Virus record (IMG/VR): IMGVR_UViG_3300018494_000461
Reading direction: 5' to 3' (one strand)
Length of the DNA stretch: 20,608 bases
Origin: a virus
Each line of letters starts with the position of its first letter. Position 1 is the stretch's first letter. Positions 7,650-15,122 of this stretch are shown here, one piece after another. The position numbers were made by a program, and so were the translations under genes. The notes below the pieces were generated by a model. The model saw nothing but the letters and a program-made list of their open reading frames with translations. It did no database searches and was not told where the DNA came from.

Positions 7650-7856
7650 TTACCTCCCATACATCGGCCACAGGTCAGAATATTTTCTTACACCATCGCC
7701 AATTTTAATCCAAAAATAATCCTCTGCGTGTATTCTAAAGCACCAAACTTCTCCTGGGTCTGGTACATCTTGGGAGTGGCTACATAGCCACTCCCCATAT
7801 TCTTCCATGCTCTGGAAATCAAACAGTTTCGGCCTCAGTATCCTCGTCCAGTCCAT
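7650..7856 (-). CDS. Hypothetical protein, 68 aa
   Basis: ATG at 7856 has RBS GGAGGAAGCAG but overlaps the last 38 nt of the RNA ligase gene. Its stop lies in the SD of the next gene. Confidence 0.35.
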   Translation of the reverse strand: MDWTRILRPKLFDFQSMEEYGEWLCSHSQDVPDPGEVWCFRIHAEDYFWIKIGDGVRKYSDLWPMYGR

Positions 7857-9237
7857 CTGCTTCCTCCATATCAGGAGCCTCGGCGTTCTCCTTGATGATG
7901 CCTTCCAGCACCTTGAACTGGAAGTTCTTGTGCTTATAGGCGGTGAAAGTAGGACGATTGATTACACGAACTACGACGCCCTCACGGATGTGAGTAGGGT
8001 CAATAGGCTCTTCACCATCGTAGAACTGTTCTGCCTTATTCAAGACCCATTCACCGGCAGAGATAGTGTCATCTTCCTTGGAACCAGGATTCTCGGGAAT
8101 GAAGCCATACCAGTGCAGAGGAACGGTCTTAACACCCATGTACATACAACGATGACGCATCTGGTCAGGAGTGTACTCTACAACCTCGCCATCCTCGTTA
8201 GTCATGGTCATACGATATACATAGATATCGTTCTTGTGGTAGAAGGGGATGCGGTTTACAACATCACCTTGCTCATTGAACTCAAGTTCGTACTGAACAC
8301 CAGGAGCGCAGCCGTAAGAGAAAGTAGTAGTCTCGCCATACTTCTTTACGAACTCCTTATCGTTCAGCTTCTTGTTGTTACATACGCCCATAATAGGCTG
8401 ACCCTCGTGAGTGAAGCCAACAATCTCGTAGTAGACAGTCTCGCCCTTCAGCAACTTGCCCTCAAAGAAATCGTGATAAGGCTTACGGAACTCATTAGAG
8501 CCGTAGAAACCACCATCAAAAGTATCCAGAACAGTGCGGCGAGTACCAGATACATAACCCCAATCGTAGATAGGAGTGCCCTCACGACGCAGGATAATAT
8601 CCAGTAAAGTACGCTTAAAGCCCTTCAAAACCTTGGTATGAGAAGTACGAGCGGAAGTTCCGTGGAGCTTACGAGTAATCTCAATCAAGTCACCAGGCTT
8701 AAACACATGTAGGTTGTAAGCCAACTGCTCAGTATCAATGTGCTCATAGAACACAGGTGCGATAGAGCGCTTTGCCTTACGCTTTGCGCGCTTACCAGCA
8801 CCGCCGGCCGCAGTTGCCTGATGCTTGCTGCGAGGAATGTACTTACGGCAGATTTCATGTCCATTCACAGTAGTGATGGAGTCGCCGATATTCAAGGAGT
8901 CCATATCTACGCCAGTGTAGGCGAGACAAGACAAAGGTAGGAACAGACCATCAGACTGCTCACCACGCAGCTTAATTGCCTTTACATTTCTCTTAGCGGG
9001 GTCCATATAGCCGCCGGAAACATTCTTTCCGTTCTCATATACAGCCAAAAGACCGTTCTTCTGACAAAACTCCATAGACAGCTGCAGGTCTACGGGGAAA
9101 TATACACCAATCTCGCCCTCGGTGTACTTATCCTTTGCGACGCAGACAGTATTTACAAAGCAGGTTGCCAGAACCAGCTTATCTGCGTTAGGATGGGGAC
9201 GTACATCCTTCAAAGTAGTTACATATCCACAATGCAT
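7819..9237 (-). CDS. ATP-dependent RNA ligase with an N-terminal tRNA-binding (OB-fold, Myf/EMAP-like) domain, 472 aa
   Basis: N-terminal HPNADKL..V motif of the tRNA-binding domain. Ligase nucleotidyltransferase motifs: I KLHGTS (compare T4 Rnl2 KIHGTN), III YYEIVGF, IV EGVVVRV, V KHKNFQFK. RBS GAAAGGAG. Confidence 0.8.
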   Translation of the reverse strand: MHCGYVTTLKDVRPHPNADKLVLATCFVNTVCVAKDKYTEGEIGVYFPVDLQLSMEFCQKNGLLAVYENGKNVSGGYMDPAKRNVKAIKLRGEQSDGLFLPLSCLAYTGVDMDSLNIGDSITTVNGHEICRKYIPRSKHQATAAGGAGKRAKRKAKRSIAPVFYEHIDTEQLAYNLHVFKPGDLIEITRKLHGTSARTSHTKVLKGFKRTLLDIILRREGTPIYDWGYVSGTRRTVLDTFDGGFYGSNEFRKPYHDFFEGKLLKGETVYYEIVGFTHEGQPIMGVCNNKKLNDKEFVKKYGETTTFSYGCAPGVQYELEFNEQGDVVNRIPFYHKNDIYVYRMTMTNEDGEVVEYTPDQMRHRCMYMGVKTVPLHWYGFIPENPGSKEDDTISAGEWVLNKAEQFYDGEEPIDPTHIREGVVVRVINRPTFTAYKHKNFQFKVLEGIIKENAEAPDMEEADGLDEDTEAETV

Positions 9238-9575
9238 AGCACATTCTCCTTTCTAATTCCATTTTTTGTATTATCTCTATCTTCCCAGACAGATTCTCTG
9301 ACATATACGACAGGAGAAACCTTTTTATTTTCTCTCCAGTAGTCAGCAACATAAGAATCTCCCTGGCAACCATGAGGGGGAGTAATCCAGGGCCATTCGG
9401 GGTTTTCTGCGACCGCAGTCGCAAAATCGTCTTCATCTTCCTTTGTAGGCGTATACAATTCCACAACTTCAATACGACTATCGCATTCATCGGTTTCAGA
9501 ATAGCTAAAAACGGGAGCATCCTGGGGCATCTTCTGCAAAGCAGAAATCAAATCAGCAACGGTAGTATATCTCAT
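9219..9575 (-). CDS. Hypothetical protein, 118 aa (paralog A of a tandem pair)
   Basis: RBS AAGGAGAG. ATGA overlap with the upstream gene. Shares TVxDLxxxLxxxPxxxPxF and GCxGDxYVxDYWxE blocks with 9572-9853. Confidence 0.5.
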   Translation of the reverse strand: MRYTTVADLISALQKMPQDAPVFSYSETDECDSRIEVVELYTPTKEDEDDFATAVAENPEWPWITPPHGCQGDSYVADYWRENKKVSPVVYVRESVWEDRDNTKNGIRKENVLCIVDM

Positions 9576-9853
9576 TCGTGTCTCTCCTTATATGTCTGTT
9601 CACGCAGGCAAAGGAAAATTGTATTTCCATGTTCCTGCCAATAATCTTCAACATTACAAACTCCCTTACAGTAATAAGGGGAAGAAGGAATAATATTCCC
9701 TCCATCATCGGGGTTAAGCTGCGGCCCAGCCAACTCAAGAACTTCCAGGTTGGAATCTCGCTCTTTATCTATATCATAGAAAAAGATAGGTAATTCTGGC
9801 GGGAAAACCGCCAACTGCTTCATCAGCTCTCCGACCGTCATAGTCTTAGTCAT
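9572..9853 (-). CDS. Hypothetical protein, 93 aa (paralog B of a tandem pair)
   Basis: ATG at 9853 follows AAGGAGGAAGCTA and lies just after the exonuclease stop. The longer track ORF starting at 9961 would overlap the exonuclease gene. Confidence 0.5.
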   Translation of the reverse strand: MTKTMTVGELMKQLAVFPPELPIFFYDIDKERDSNLEVLELAGPQLNPDDGGNIIPSSPYYCKGVCNVEDYWQEHGNTIFLCLREQTYKERHE

Positions 9854-10754
9854 TAGCTTCCTCCTTAGCGGCGGCCGCAATTGCTCCCTCGGGAGAATAC
9901 TCCCAATAGCAATTATAACGGCACTTTCCAGTCTGAGGAGCGGCCTTGACCGCAGCCTCAATCTTTCTTACAGAGTCAGCGTTCTTAGGACTGACATTGC
10001 GGGCGATGTACTTGATAACCCACAAAGCAGCGGTGTTGAAATCGTTGAAATACTTTGCCTGACCGCTATGTTGGTCGACGCACTTGAGCATCCAATGATT
10101 TTCATCAGCGCCAGTTTCTGCTTCCCACTTAGGCTGAGAATTCCACTTCTGGAAAACCGCAGGAGCCTTTTTGCCGATATGGGGACGAGGCTGAGAAGGC
10201 ATAGCCAGAATAGTTTCCTTATCTTCGGGCTTACACTTATCATACAAGTGAGCCACAACGGTTTCAAGCATACGAGCGTCTTCCAGAGCATCATGCTTCT
10301 GAACCAGTTCTTTCTGCTCCTGGATAAGCATATACACCTTACGAAGAGCCAGGTCGTTCTTTGCGACGAAGAACTTCTTCACCACAGATGCGTAGTCAAT
10401 TAGATTGCCTGCGATAGCCTGGGCGCAGACACAAGCCTGCGTATCGCTCATATGACGGAGTGTGGAATTGATAAATTCGGCATCCGAATTGCCGTAGACA
10501 TAATAGGCAGGAGCTTCACCGTCGCTATTGGCTTCAATGAAATCATACAGCATCTTGAACGCAGCATCTGCGTCCGGAGCTTCAGCCAGCATTTCATTGG
10601 TAATACCGGTCAGTTCGGTGATGAACTTATCGACCTTCTTTTTGTCGCCAGGCTTGACATATGTTTCAAATGTCTCACCCGTTCCAGCGACGCAGCCGAT
10701 ACTGATAATTCGATTTGAAAATCTCGTTGCCTCAAAGTCTAAGTAAAAATTCAT
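9846..10754 (-). CDS. DEDDh-family 3'-5' exonuclease (DnaQ-like fold) with a ~130-aa C-terminal extension of unknown function, 302 aa
   Basis: Exo I YLDFEAT, Exo II YGNSDAEFI, Exo III HDALEDARM. First gene after promoter copy 4. Confidence 0.8.
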   Translation of the reverse strand: MNFYLDFEATRFSNRIISIGCVAGTGETFETYVKPGDKKKVDKFITELTGITNEMLAEAPDADAAFKMLYDFIEANSDGEAPAYYVYGNSDAEFINSTLRHMSDTQACVCAQAIAGNLIDYASVVKKFFVAKNDLALRKVYMLIQEQKELVQKHDALEDARMLETVVAHLYDKCKPEDKETILAMPSQPRPHIGKKAPAVFQKWNSQPKWEAETGADENHWMLKCVDQHSGQAKYFNDFNTAALWVIKYIARNVSPKNADSVRKIEAAVKAAPQTGKCRYNCYWEYSPEGAIAAAAKEEAND

Positions 10755-10792
10755 ATATTCATCAATTCCTTTCTTTCATTCTTTACATATAT

Positions 10793-10821
10793 ATTATATC
10801 ATATTTTTTAATAAAAATCAA
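10793..10821 (-). promoter_or_regulatory. Sigma-70 type promoter, cassette copy 4: -35 TTGATT (10816-10821), 17-nt spacer, TGaTATAAT (10793-10801)
   Basis: Same cassette. Confidence 0.8.
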
Positions 10822-10844
10822 AAGAGGGAGTTTAATCTCCCTCT
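10822..10844 (-). terminator. Intrinsic terminator: 8-bp stem AGAGGGAG/CTCCCTCT with loop TTTAAT, U-tract into the -35
   Basis: Hairpin at 10823-10844. The stop codon of the upstream 77-aa gene sits in its loop. Confidence 0.7.
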
Positions 10845-11065
10845 TCAATTTCTATCTCTGGATAAGCTGCAAGGTCAATATCAGCCAGTTCTTCAAGGTC
10901 TTCGATATCTCGTCCGATATCCTGGCTACATTGTTCCAGGAAGTCGTGACAAGACTCTCCATACCAGGTCCAGTTATCAACTCCACCTTGCTCTAATGCG
11001 CAACACTTATTTGCAGCATAGATTAGTTCTCTTAGCTCATCTTCTTTGATAATACGATATTTCAT
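10832..11065 (-). CDS. Hypothetical acidic protein, 77 aa, co-transcribed with the sigma factor
   Basis: Its start is 1 nt after the sigma factor stop. Cys-containing, Glu/Asp-rich C-terminus. Confidence 0.5.
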   Translation of the reverse strand: MKYRIIKEDELRELIYAANKCCALEQGGVDNWTWYGESCHDFLEQCSQDIGRDIEDLEELADIDLAAYPEIEIEEGD

Positions 11066-11066
11066 T

Positions 11067-11969
11067 TTATGCCATGGCCTCCTTTAGCATCTTCGCACGA
11101 ACAGGATTTCTGAGCTTACGGATAGCCTTATTTTCAATCTGGCGAATACGCTCCTTGGACAGGCCATAGTGCTGACCAACTTCCTCAAGAGTCATAGCCT
11201 TTTCGGCATCAATACCGAAACGCATCTTGAGAATTTCAGCTTCACGAGCGCCCAGAGTGTCAAATACCGCAGCGATAATCTGACTGTTCGCTTCACGGAT
11301 AATATTTGCCATAGGATTCTCTGCACTGTGGTCCGCAATTAGGTCGCCCATACAGGTTTCACCCTCATCATCAACGGGGGTGTCGAGAGAGGTAGTAGCC
11401 TGTGCCAGGTCCATAACAGTCTGGACCTTGTCCAGTTCAACGCCCATATGAGCCGCAATTTCCTTATCAGAGGGAGCTCTGCCGAGCTTCTGAGTGAGTT
11501 CCGCAGTTGCCTTCTTCACCTTAGACAGGAGTTCAACCATATTAGCAGGAATACGAATGGTACGAGATTGGTCGCCCAGTGCGCGAGAAATGGCCTGGCG
11601 AATCCAGTAAGTTGCGTAGGTAGAGAATCGGAAGCCCTTGGAGCCATCGTACTTTTCAGCCGCCTTAATCAGACCGAGATTGCCCTCCTGGATGAGGTCA
11701 AGCAGCGGCAAGCCGCAACCATAATACTTCTTCGCAACAGATACAACCAGAAGCAGATTGCACTCAACCAGAGTGTTTACCGCATCTCTGTCGCCTGCGA
11801 GAGCCTTAACAGAAAGTTCCTTCTCCTGGTCAAAAGACAGGCGAGGATGATTGCCAATAGACTTTAGATAAGCCTTAACACCATCCAGAACAACATTGGT
11901 ATCATAATCATAGGTCTCGTTCATTTCACGAGCATCTTCTTCCATAATCATAACTTCATTCTGTTCCAT
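11067..11969 (-). CDS. RNA polymerase sigma factor, sigma-70 family (regions 1.2 to 4.2), about 300 aa
   Basis: Region 2 [18 protein letters not shown] and [18 protein letters not shown]. Region 4.2 helix-turn-helix [27 protein letters not shown]. Likely start is the ATG at 11969 after GGAGAG. The track's longer ORF begins at a TTG. Confidence 0.9.
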   Translation of the reverse strand: MEQNEVMIMEEDAREMNETYDYDTNVVLDGVKAYLKSIGNHPRLSFDQEKELSVKALAGDRDAVNTLVECNLLLVVSVAKKYYGCGLPLLDLIQEGNLGLIKAAEKYDGSKGFRFSTYATYWIRQAISRALGDQSRTIRIPANMVELLSKVKKATAELTQKLGRAPSDKEIAAHMGVELDKVQTVMDLAQATTSLDTPVDDEGETCMGDLIADHSAENPMANIIREANSQIIAAVFDTLGAREAEILKMRFGIDAEKAMTLEEVGQHYGLSKERIRQIENKAIRKLRNPVRAKMLKEAMA

Positions 11970-12015
11970 TATGCACTCTCCTATCAAACTTTATCTTTTT
12001 TCATTTTCTATATAT

Positions 12016-12044
12016 ATTATAACATATTTTTTTATAAAAATCAA
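12016..12044 (-). promoter_or_regulatory. Sigma-70 type promoter, cassette copy 5: -35 TTGATT (12039-12044), 17-nt spacer, TGtTATAAT (12016-12024)
   Basis: Same cassette. Drives the sigma factor operon. Confidence 0.8.
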
Positions 12045-12074
12045 ATAAGCCCTTTCTGTTGAGAAAGGGCTTAT
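12045..12074 (-). terminator. Intrinsic terminator: 13-bp stem ATAAGCCCTTTCT/AGAAAGGGCTTAT with loop GTTG, directly abutting the -35
   Basis: On the minus strand the hairpin is followed by TTGATTTTT. Confidence 0.8.
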
Positions 12075-12078
12075 CTTT

Positions 12079-12204
12079 TTAATTAGCCAATGTTTTATTA
12101 GCTGTTCTAAATCGCCAATAGTGGCGAGCATACTGAATGGCATTGTAGCCATCAACGCTACACAGCCACATTGCGACACAAGTCAGAAAACCACGAATAT
12201 CCAT
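12079..12204 (-). CDS. Possible small protein, 41 aa (MDIRGFLTCVAMWLCSVDGY...)
   Basis: ATG coupled as TAATG to the upstream gene. Preceded by GGAGGGTTCACTA. Short ORF; the track's 11991-12179 ORF in another frame runs through the terminator and promoter and is rejected. Confidence 0.25.
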   Translation of the reverse strand: MDIRGFLTCVAMWLCSVDGYNAIQYARHYWRFRTANKTLAN

Positions 12205-12443
12205 TAGTGAACCCTCCAAGTATAACCACATTGCTGACAAGAGCAATAAGTTTGAACTTTAGTTTTTGTTCGCTTTGGAGCAAAGATTTTAAACACTAGA
12301 GCAGGTAACGTAAAAAAGAGCCATTTCATTGGCACCCAAAACCATCCCCAGCAAATCCACCACAATAATCCATGATGTTTGTTTTTAGTAACAGCAACTG
12401 CTTGAGTATTTACATTTGTGCTTCCACATTTAGGACAAACCAT
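12204..12443 (-). CDS. Zinc-ribbon membrane protein, 79 aa
   Basis: N-terminal CPKCGS and C-terminal CSCQQCGY flank a Trp-rich hydrophobic segment. RBS GAGGAAGG. Confidence 0.5.
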   Translation of the reverse strand: MVCPKCGSTNVNTQAVAVTKNKHHGLLWWICWGWFWVPMKWLFFTLPALVFKIFAPKRTKTKVQTYCSCQQCGYTWRVH

Positions 12444-12449
12444 AATATT

Positions 12450-13256
12450 TTACATTCCTTCCTCTATATAAATTACTTTATCAACATATTTGCGGTCCTC
12501 ACCTTTGAGAATCGGCATATCGTAGTCAATACCGGTTTCACGAGTCCAGGCAGTGCCACGCTTCCAACGAGTTGGAAAATCGTTCCAGTTGATACCTTTT
12601 TGCTCGTGGAGCATATCTTGGATTACGCTACAAGAGCAACCCTGGAGCTTACTGTGAGAGAAGAATGCCTGACCAACCATCTGAATGGAGTTGCGGGTTG
12701 CGTCAAGCTGGCGCCAGTAAATCAGATTACAGGCTTCCTCTTTGGGAATGTTGAACACGCGAGAGTCGAACATAGCACCAATAGATGCTTTCTCGCAGTA
12801 AAGACTATATAGCTTATCCTGCTGCTCCCACCATTCGGGGTCAGTGTGACGAGGGTCGCTCCACTGACGGCTACGCCAAGTACCAACTTCCTCGGCAAAA
12901 TATTTGTTGAACGCCATGGTTGCCATAGAAGCAGAGATAGAACACATCTTCTGTACTTCATAATCGAACCAGGCACTGGTATCGAGAGTCTGGTAGTCAA
13001 TCAACAGGAGAGTGATTTCGTCAGACTGGGTGTAACCGAAGACACAACCCTGGATATTTCTACACAGATGTTCCATGGTTTTTACCATCGCATTTCCCAG
13101 CACTTTATCGAAAGGCTTTTGGAAGCCACGAGTGAAAGTGTGGAAGGCTTTACCGTCGAGGCGAATTGCGACGGGCATTCGTCTCACCAAACGGGTTTTC
13201 GGCACCTGCTCGTAGAAAGTTTTCATACGAGTGCCAAGAGCATCATTCACTGGCAT
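12450..13256 (-). CDS. Thg1-like protein (tRNA-His guanylyltransferase family 3'-5' nucleotidyltransferase), about 268 aa
   Basis: Thg1 hallmarks VAIRLDGKAFHTFT (RxDGxxFxxF) and GYTQSDEITLL (SDE). The best start is the ATG at 13256 after GGAAGGAGAAGAGAAAAA. The track ORF extends to 13340. Confidence 0.85.
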   Translation of the reverse strand: MPVNDALGTRMKTFYEQVPKTRLVRRMPVAIRLDGKAFHTFTRGFQKPFDKVLGNAMVKTMEHLCRNIQGCVFGYTQSDEITLLLIDYQTLDTSAWFDYEVQKMCSISASMATMAFNKYFAEEVGTWRSRQWSDPRHTDPEWWEQQDKLYSLYCEKASIGAMFDSRVFNIPKEEACNLIYWRQLDATRNSIQMVGQAFFSHSKLQGCSCSVIQDMLHEQKGINWNDFPTRWKRGTAWTRETGIDYDMPILKGEDRKYVDKVIYIEEGM

Positions 13257-13473
13257 TTTTTCTCTTCTCCTTCCAAGCTGCACAGTAGTGTGTAGGTTTT
13301 TCATATTTGCGGCTTCTCTTACAATAGCATTTTCCTTCAATGCCGCGTGTTGAAAACGGACCTCTGCCGTCGCCGCAAGTATCGCAGCATTTTACTTCTT
13401 GACTTTTGGAAAATACATCCCTAAACAGGGCTTTTGTTAATTCGCCAGATTGCCATTTTTCAATGGTAGCCAT
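13243..13473 (-). CDS. Small Cys-rich (zinc-binding) protein, 76 aa
   Basis: CCDTCGDG...CYC...C. The start is uncertain; the ATG at 13473 is the first after the upstream gene's stop. The track ORF to 13587 would overlap the phosphoesterase gene by 100 nt. Confidence 0.4.
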   Translation of the reverse strand: MATIEKWQSGELTKALFRDVFSKSQEVKCCDTCGDGRGPFSTRGIEGKCYCKRSRKYEKPTHYCAAWKEKRKNASE

Positions 13474-13486
13474 GGCGACTTCTTCA

Positions 13487-14227
13487 TCAACGACGAACTT
13501 CGCCAATTTTCTTACCTCCACGCTTAGCCTTACGCTTGGTAGCGTTATCAATGGTTTCACGATGGATAGTCTGAATTTTGGAAGCAAAACCAGACTTGAG
13601 GAATTGAGTGAAGTTCACAGGCTCCCAACCAATGACATCAGAGCAGACGTTCAGGTGGTTAGCTCTCTTATGACCGGCATGGTCATGACCATGGATGTTA
13701 AACAACCAAGGAATTTCCACAGGCTCATGAGTCAGAATCAACTTCTCACCAACGATGAGGGCACCCTCATACACCTCATCGAACAGCAGGTTGTCTGCAG
13801 TTGCGACCCAACGCTTAAAAGGAGCGTGAAACTCCCAAGACTCATTGATGGTAATTTTCCAATTATGGAAATACATTCTCATTTCAGCGAGAACTTCTTC
13901 CTTGGTGAACTTATCCTGGTCATAAACACGAGTAATGACCTTGCGCTTGTAGTTAGAAGCGCCGGCATCATGGTTACCCATAATCAGAACCTTATATTCA
14001 GCACGAAGCTGACGCACATACTCGATGTCACCAACGTCGCCCAGAATAACCAGACAGTCGCGGCGGCCGCACTTTGCGTTGATTCTCTTAACCTGCTCTT
14101 CGGCGGAAGGACGACCCTTAATGCCGCCGGCAAGTTCATCATCATTGAAGTGAGGGTCGGAATAAATCCAGACAGTCTGGTGCTTTTCGCCCCAGTGCTG
14201 GAAAGAATCATAGATACCAGCTAACAT
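13487..14227 (-). CDS. Calcineurin-like binuclear metallophosphoesterase, 246 aa
   Basis: DPHF, LGDVGD, GNHD and HGHDH motifs. RBS AAAGGAGG is 8 nt upstream. Confidence 0.8.
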   Translation of the reverse strand: MLAGIYDSFQHWGEKHQTVWIYSDPHFNDDELAGGIKGRPSAEEQVKRINAKCGRRDCLVILGDVGDIEYVRQLRAEYKVLIMGNHDAGASNYKRKVITRVYDQDKFTKEEVLAEMRMYFHNWKITINESWEFHAPFKRWVATADNLLFDEVYEGALIVGEKLILTHEPVEIPWLFNIHGHDHAGHKRANHLNVCSDVIGWEPVNFTQFLKSGFASKIQTIHRETIDNATKRKAKRGGKKIGEVRR

Positions 14228-14240
14228 AATGTCGCCTCCT

Positions 14241-14381
14241 TTAACCTTTAATTAAATACTCAACAGTAGTAACATACAGAGGAATGAAACCGAATAAGAA
14301 CCATCCCTTCCAGGTTCGTTCATGCCACTTGCGATAATGCTTATCATAACGGCTGGTACACCAAATGTACTTAATAATCAT
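14241..14381 (-). CDS. Possible small membrane protein, 46 aa (MIIKYIWCTSRYDKHYRKWHERTWKGWFLFGFIPLYVTTVEYLIKG)
   Basis: Not in the ORF track (under 60 aa). RBS GAAGGGGA is 9 nt upstream. One hydrophobic helix. The stop overlaps the SD of the phosphoesterase gene. Confidence 0.3.
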   Translation of the reverse strand: MIIKYIWCTSRYDKHYRKWHERTWKGWFLFGFIPLYVTTVEYLIKG

Positions 14382-14385
14382 AGTA

Positions 14386-14571
14386 TCAATCCCCTTCTAA
14401 AACTTTGATTACTCTATCACAGAGTTCTTCCATCTGTTCCTTTGTGATTTTTCGCCATTTCCAACACCAAGAGATTCGATTGGAAATCCATTCAATACTG
14501 CGTGTGTGGTAAGGCTTATAATTCTCGTAAGATTGGAGAGCCTTATCAATCTCGCTATAAAACTTATTCAT
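14386..14571 (-). CDS. Hypothetical protein, 61 aa
   Basis: First ORF after promoter copy 6. RBS AGAGGAGAAAGTT. Confidence 0.5.
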   Translation of the reverse strand: MNKFYSEIDKALQSYENYKPYHTRSIEWISNRISWCWKWRKITKEQMEELCDRVIKVLEGD

Positions 14572-14601
14572 AACTTTCTCCTCTCTTTACTTTCTATATA
14601 T

Positions 14602-14630
14602 ATTATAACATATTTTTTATAAAAAATCAA
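14602..14630 (-). promoter_or_regulatory. Sigma-70 type promoter, cassette copy 6: -35 TTGATT (14625-14630), 17-nt spacer, TGtTATAAT (14602-14610)
   Basis: Same cassette. Confidence 0.8.
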
Positions 14631-14661
14631 TAAAGACCCTATGGTTGCCATAGGGTCTTTA
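14631..14661 (-). terminator. Intrinsic terminator: about 14-bp stem TAAAGACCCTATGG/CCATAGGGTCTTTA with loop TTG
   Basis: Directly abuts the -35 of copy 6 and follows the stop of the 85-aa membrane protein gene (14663). Confidence 0.8.
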
Positions 14662-14662
14662 C

Positions 14663-14920
14663 TTAAAATTCAATCTTACTGTCTTTAGACTTGCCTTTAA
14701 AAGCATTTTCGGCTTTTTCAATTAAATAGCCAATATAGTTAGGTTCTCTGTTCTCACGATATTCAACTGCCCAAGAGTAGGTCTTAGGTAAGAATACAAC
14801 AACAAGAACAACCCAAACGACAGGCCAGCCAATTAATGCCAGAAGAGCAAGAAGAAGTGTAATCGCTAAGGCACCTGCGGCCGCAGTTCCCACGGCAATT
14901 AGATAATCTTTAATCCTCAT
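14663..14920 (-). CDS. Small membrane protein with two predicted TM helices and a charged C-tail, 85 aa
   Basis: MRIKDYLIAVGTAAAGALAITLLLALLALIGWPVVWVVLVVVFLPK... RBS AAGGAGTATGTTT before the ATG at 14920. Confidence 0.55.
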   Translation of the reverse strand: MRIKDYLIAVGTAAAGALAITLLLALLALIGWPVVWVVLVVVFLPKTYSWAVEYRENREPNYIGYLIEKAENAFKGKSKDSKIEF

Positions 14921-15122
14921 AAACATACTCCTTATAACTTTTTGCGTAATCGGGAGCACAAATTTTTACCTCGAAATGGTCGTCGTCTATATCGCTGGAA
15001 TAGAATATTTCATGTAATGCCATTTGAATGTCATTTACATAATCTTCTAATTCATCTTCTGGAATGTCCTTAATTCTCATTACAAAATGAAATGGAATAA
15101 CAAAATCAGCATTTTTTGCCAT
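14910..15122 (-). CDS. Hypothetical acidic protein, 70 aa
   Basis: ATG at 15122 follows GGAGACTGATT and lies 13 nt after the phosphatase stop. The track ORF starting at 15281 would overlap the phosphatase gene. Confidence 0.45.
   Translation of the reverse strand: MAKNADFVIPFHFVMRIKDIPEDELEDYVNDIQMALHEIFYSSDIDDDHFEVKICAPDYAKSYKEYVYED

Noticed and set aside
7807-8607. Plus-strand 266-aa ORF
   Set aside because: Antisense to the RNA ligase gene, which carries the ligase motifs.
11991-12179. Minus-strand 62-aa ORF from the track
   Set aside because: It reads straight through the terminator hairpin and promoter copy 5. An alternative 41-aa frame with an SD and TAATG coupling fits better, and is itself reported at low confidence.
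13406-14224. Plus-strand 272-aa ORF
   Set aside because: Antisense to the calcineurin-like phosphoesterase gene.
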